Assembly (NCBI RefSeq): GCF_964188315.1
Contig: NC_135661.1
Span: forward strand, 32,488,001 to 32,552,000
Source: Podarcis muralis
Lineage: Eukaryota
Direction: 5' to 3'
DNA: 64,000 bases
In this document: one piece after another, positions 63,764 through 64,000 of the stretch
Position numbering within the stretch: position 1 is the stretch's first letter
How the letters are laid out: each line of letters begins with the position of its first letter
Notes under the pieces: model-generated
Told to the model about the DNA's origin: nothing
Database searches by the model: none
The model's input: the letters and a program-made list of their open reading frames with translations, nothing else
Made by a program: the position numbers and the translations under genes

Positions 63764-64000
63764 ATGAGCCAACAGTGTGACGCGGCAGCTAAAAAAGCCA
63801 ATGCAATTCTGGGCCTCATCAATAGGAGTATAGCATCTAGATCAAGGGAAGTAATAGTGCCACTGTATTCTGCTCTGGTCAGACCTCACCTGGAGTACTG
63901 TGTCCAGTTCTGGGCACCACAGTTCAAGAAGGACACTGACAAACTGGAACGTGTCCAGAGGAGGGCAACCAAAATGGTCAAAGGCCTGGAAATGATGCCT
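63764..64000 (+). mobile_element. Young CR1 fragment, nearly identical to the 51267-52110 copy, truncated by the window
   Basis: atgagccaacagtgtgacgcggcagctaaaaaagccaatgc... matches the reverse complement of about 51670-51905. Confidence 0.92.

Overview
Vertebrate genomic DNA. The repeat content (Sauria SINE, CR1, BovB, Tigger/hAT MITEs) points to a squamate, probably a lacertid lizard (inference). Four spliced protein-coding genes can be built from GT-AG exons. (1) The 5' half of CCNE1 (cyclin E1) on the minus strand, running off the left edge. (2) A complete six-coding-exon, 269-aa BtpA/SgcQ-family TIM-barrel gene (C. elegans F13E9.13-like, uncharacterised) on the plus strand, head-to-head with CCNE1 across one CpG island. 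(3) A complete 141-aa C19orf12 orthologue with its own CpG island. (4) The first coding exon of a strongly diverged tandem C19orf12 paralogue, running off the right edge. The rest is intron or intergenic DNA full of mobile elements: CR1, Rex1/Babar, L2, a short BovB derivative, Sauria and other tRNA-SINEs, Tigger-like and hAT MITEs, a solo LTR, a decayed ERV (LTR end, tRNA-Gly-like PBS, gag-like PPPY segment) and Penelope-like fragments. One Penelope-like fragment carries a minimal hammerhead-ribozyme motif and another forms a perfect 70-bp fold-back. There is one 133-nt N gap. Most ORFs in the supplied track are spurious. All coordinates were counted by hand.
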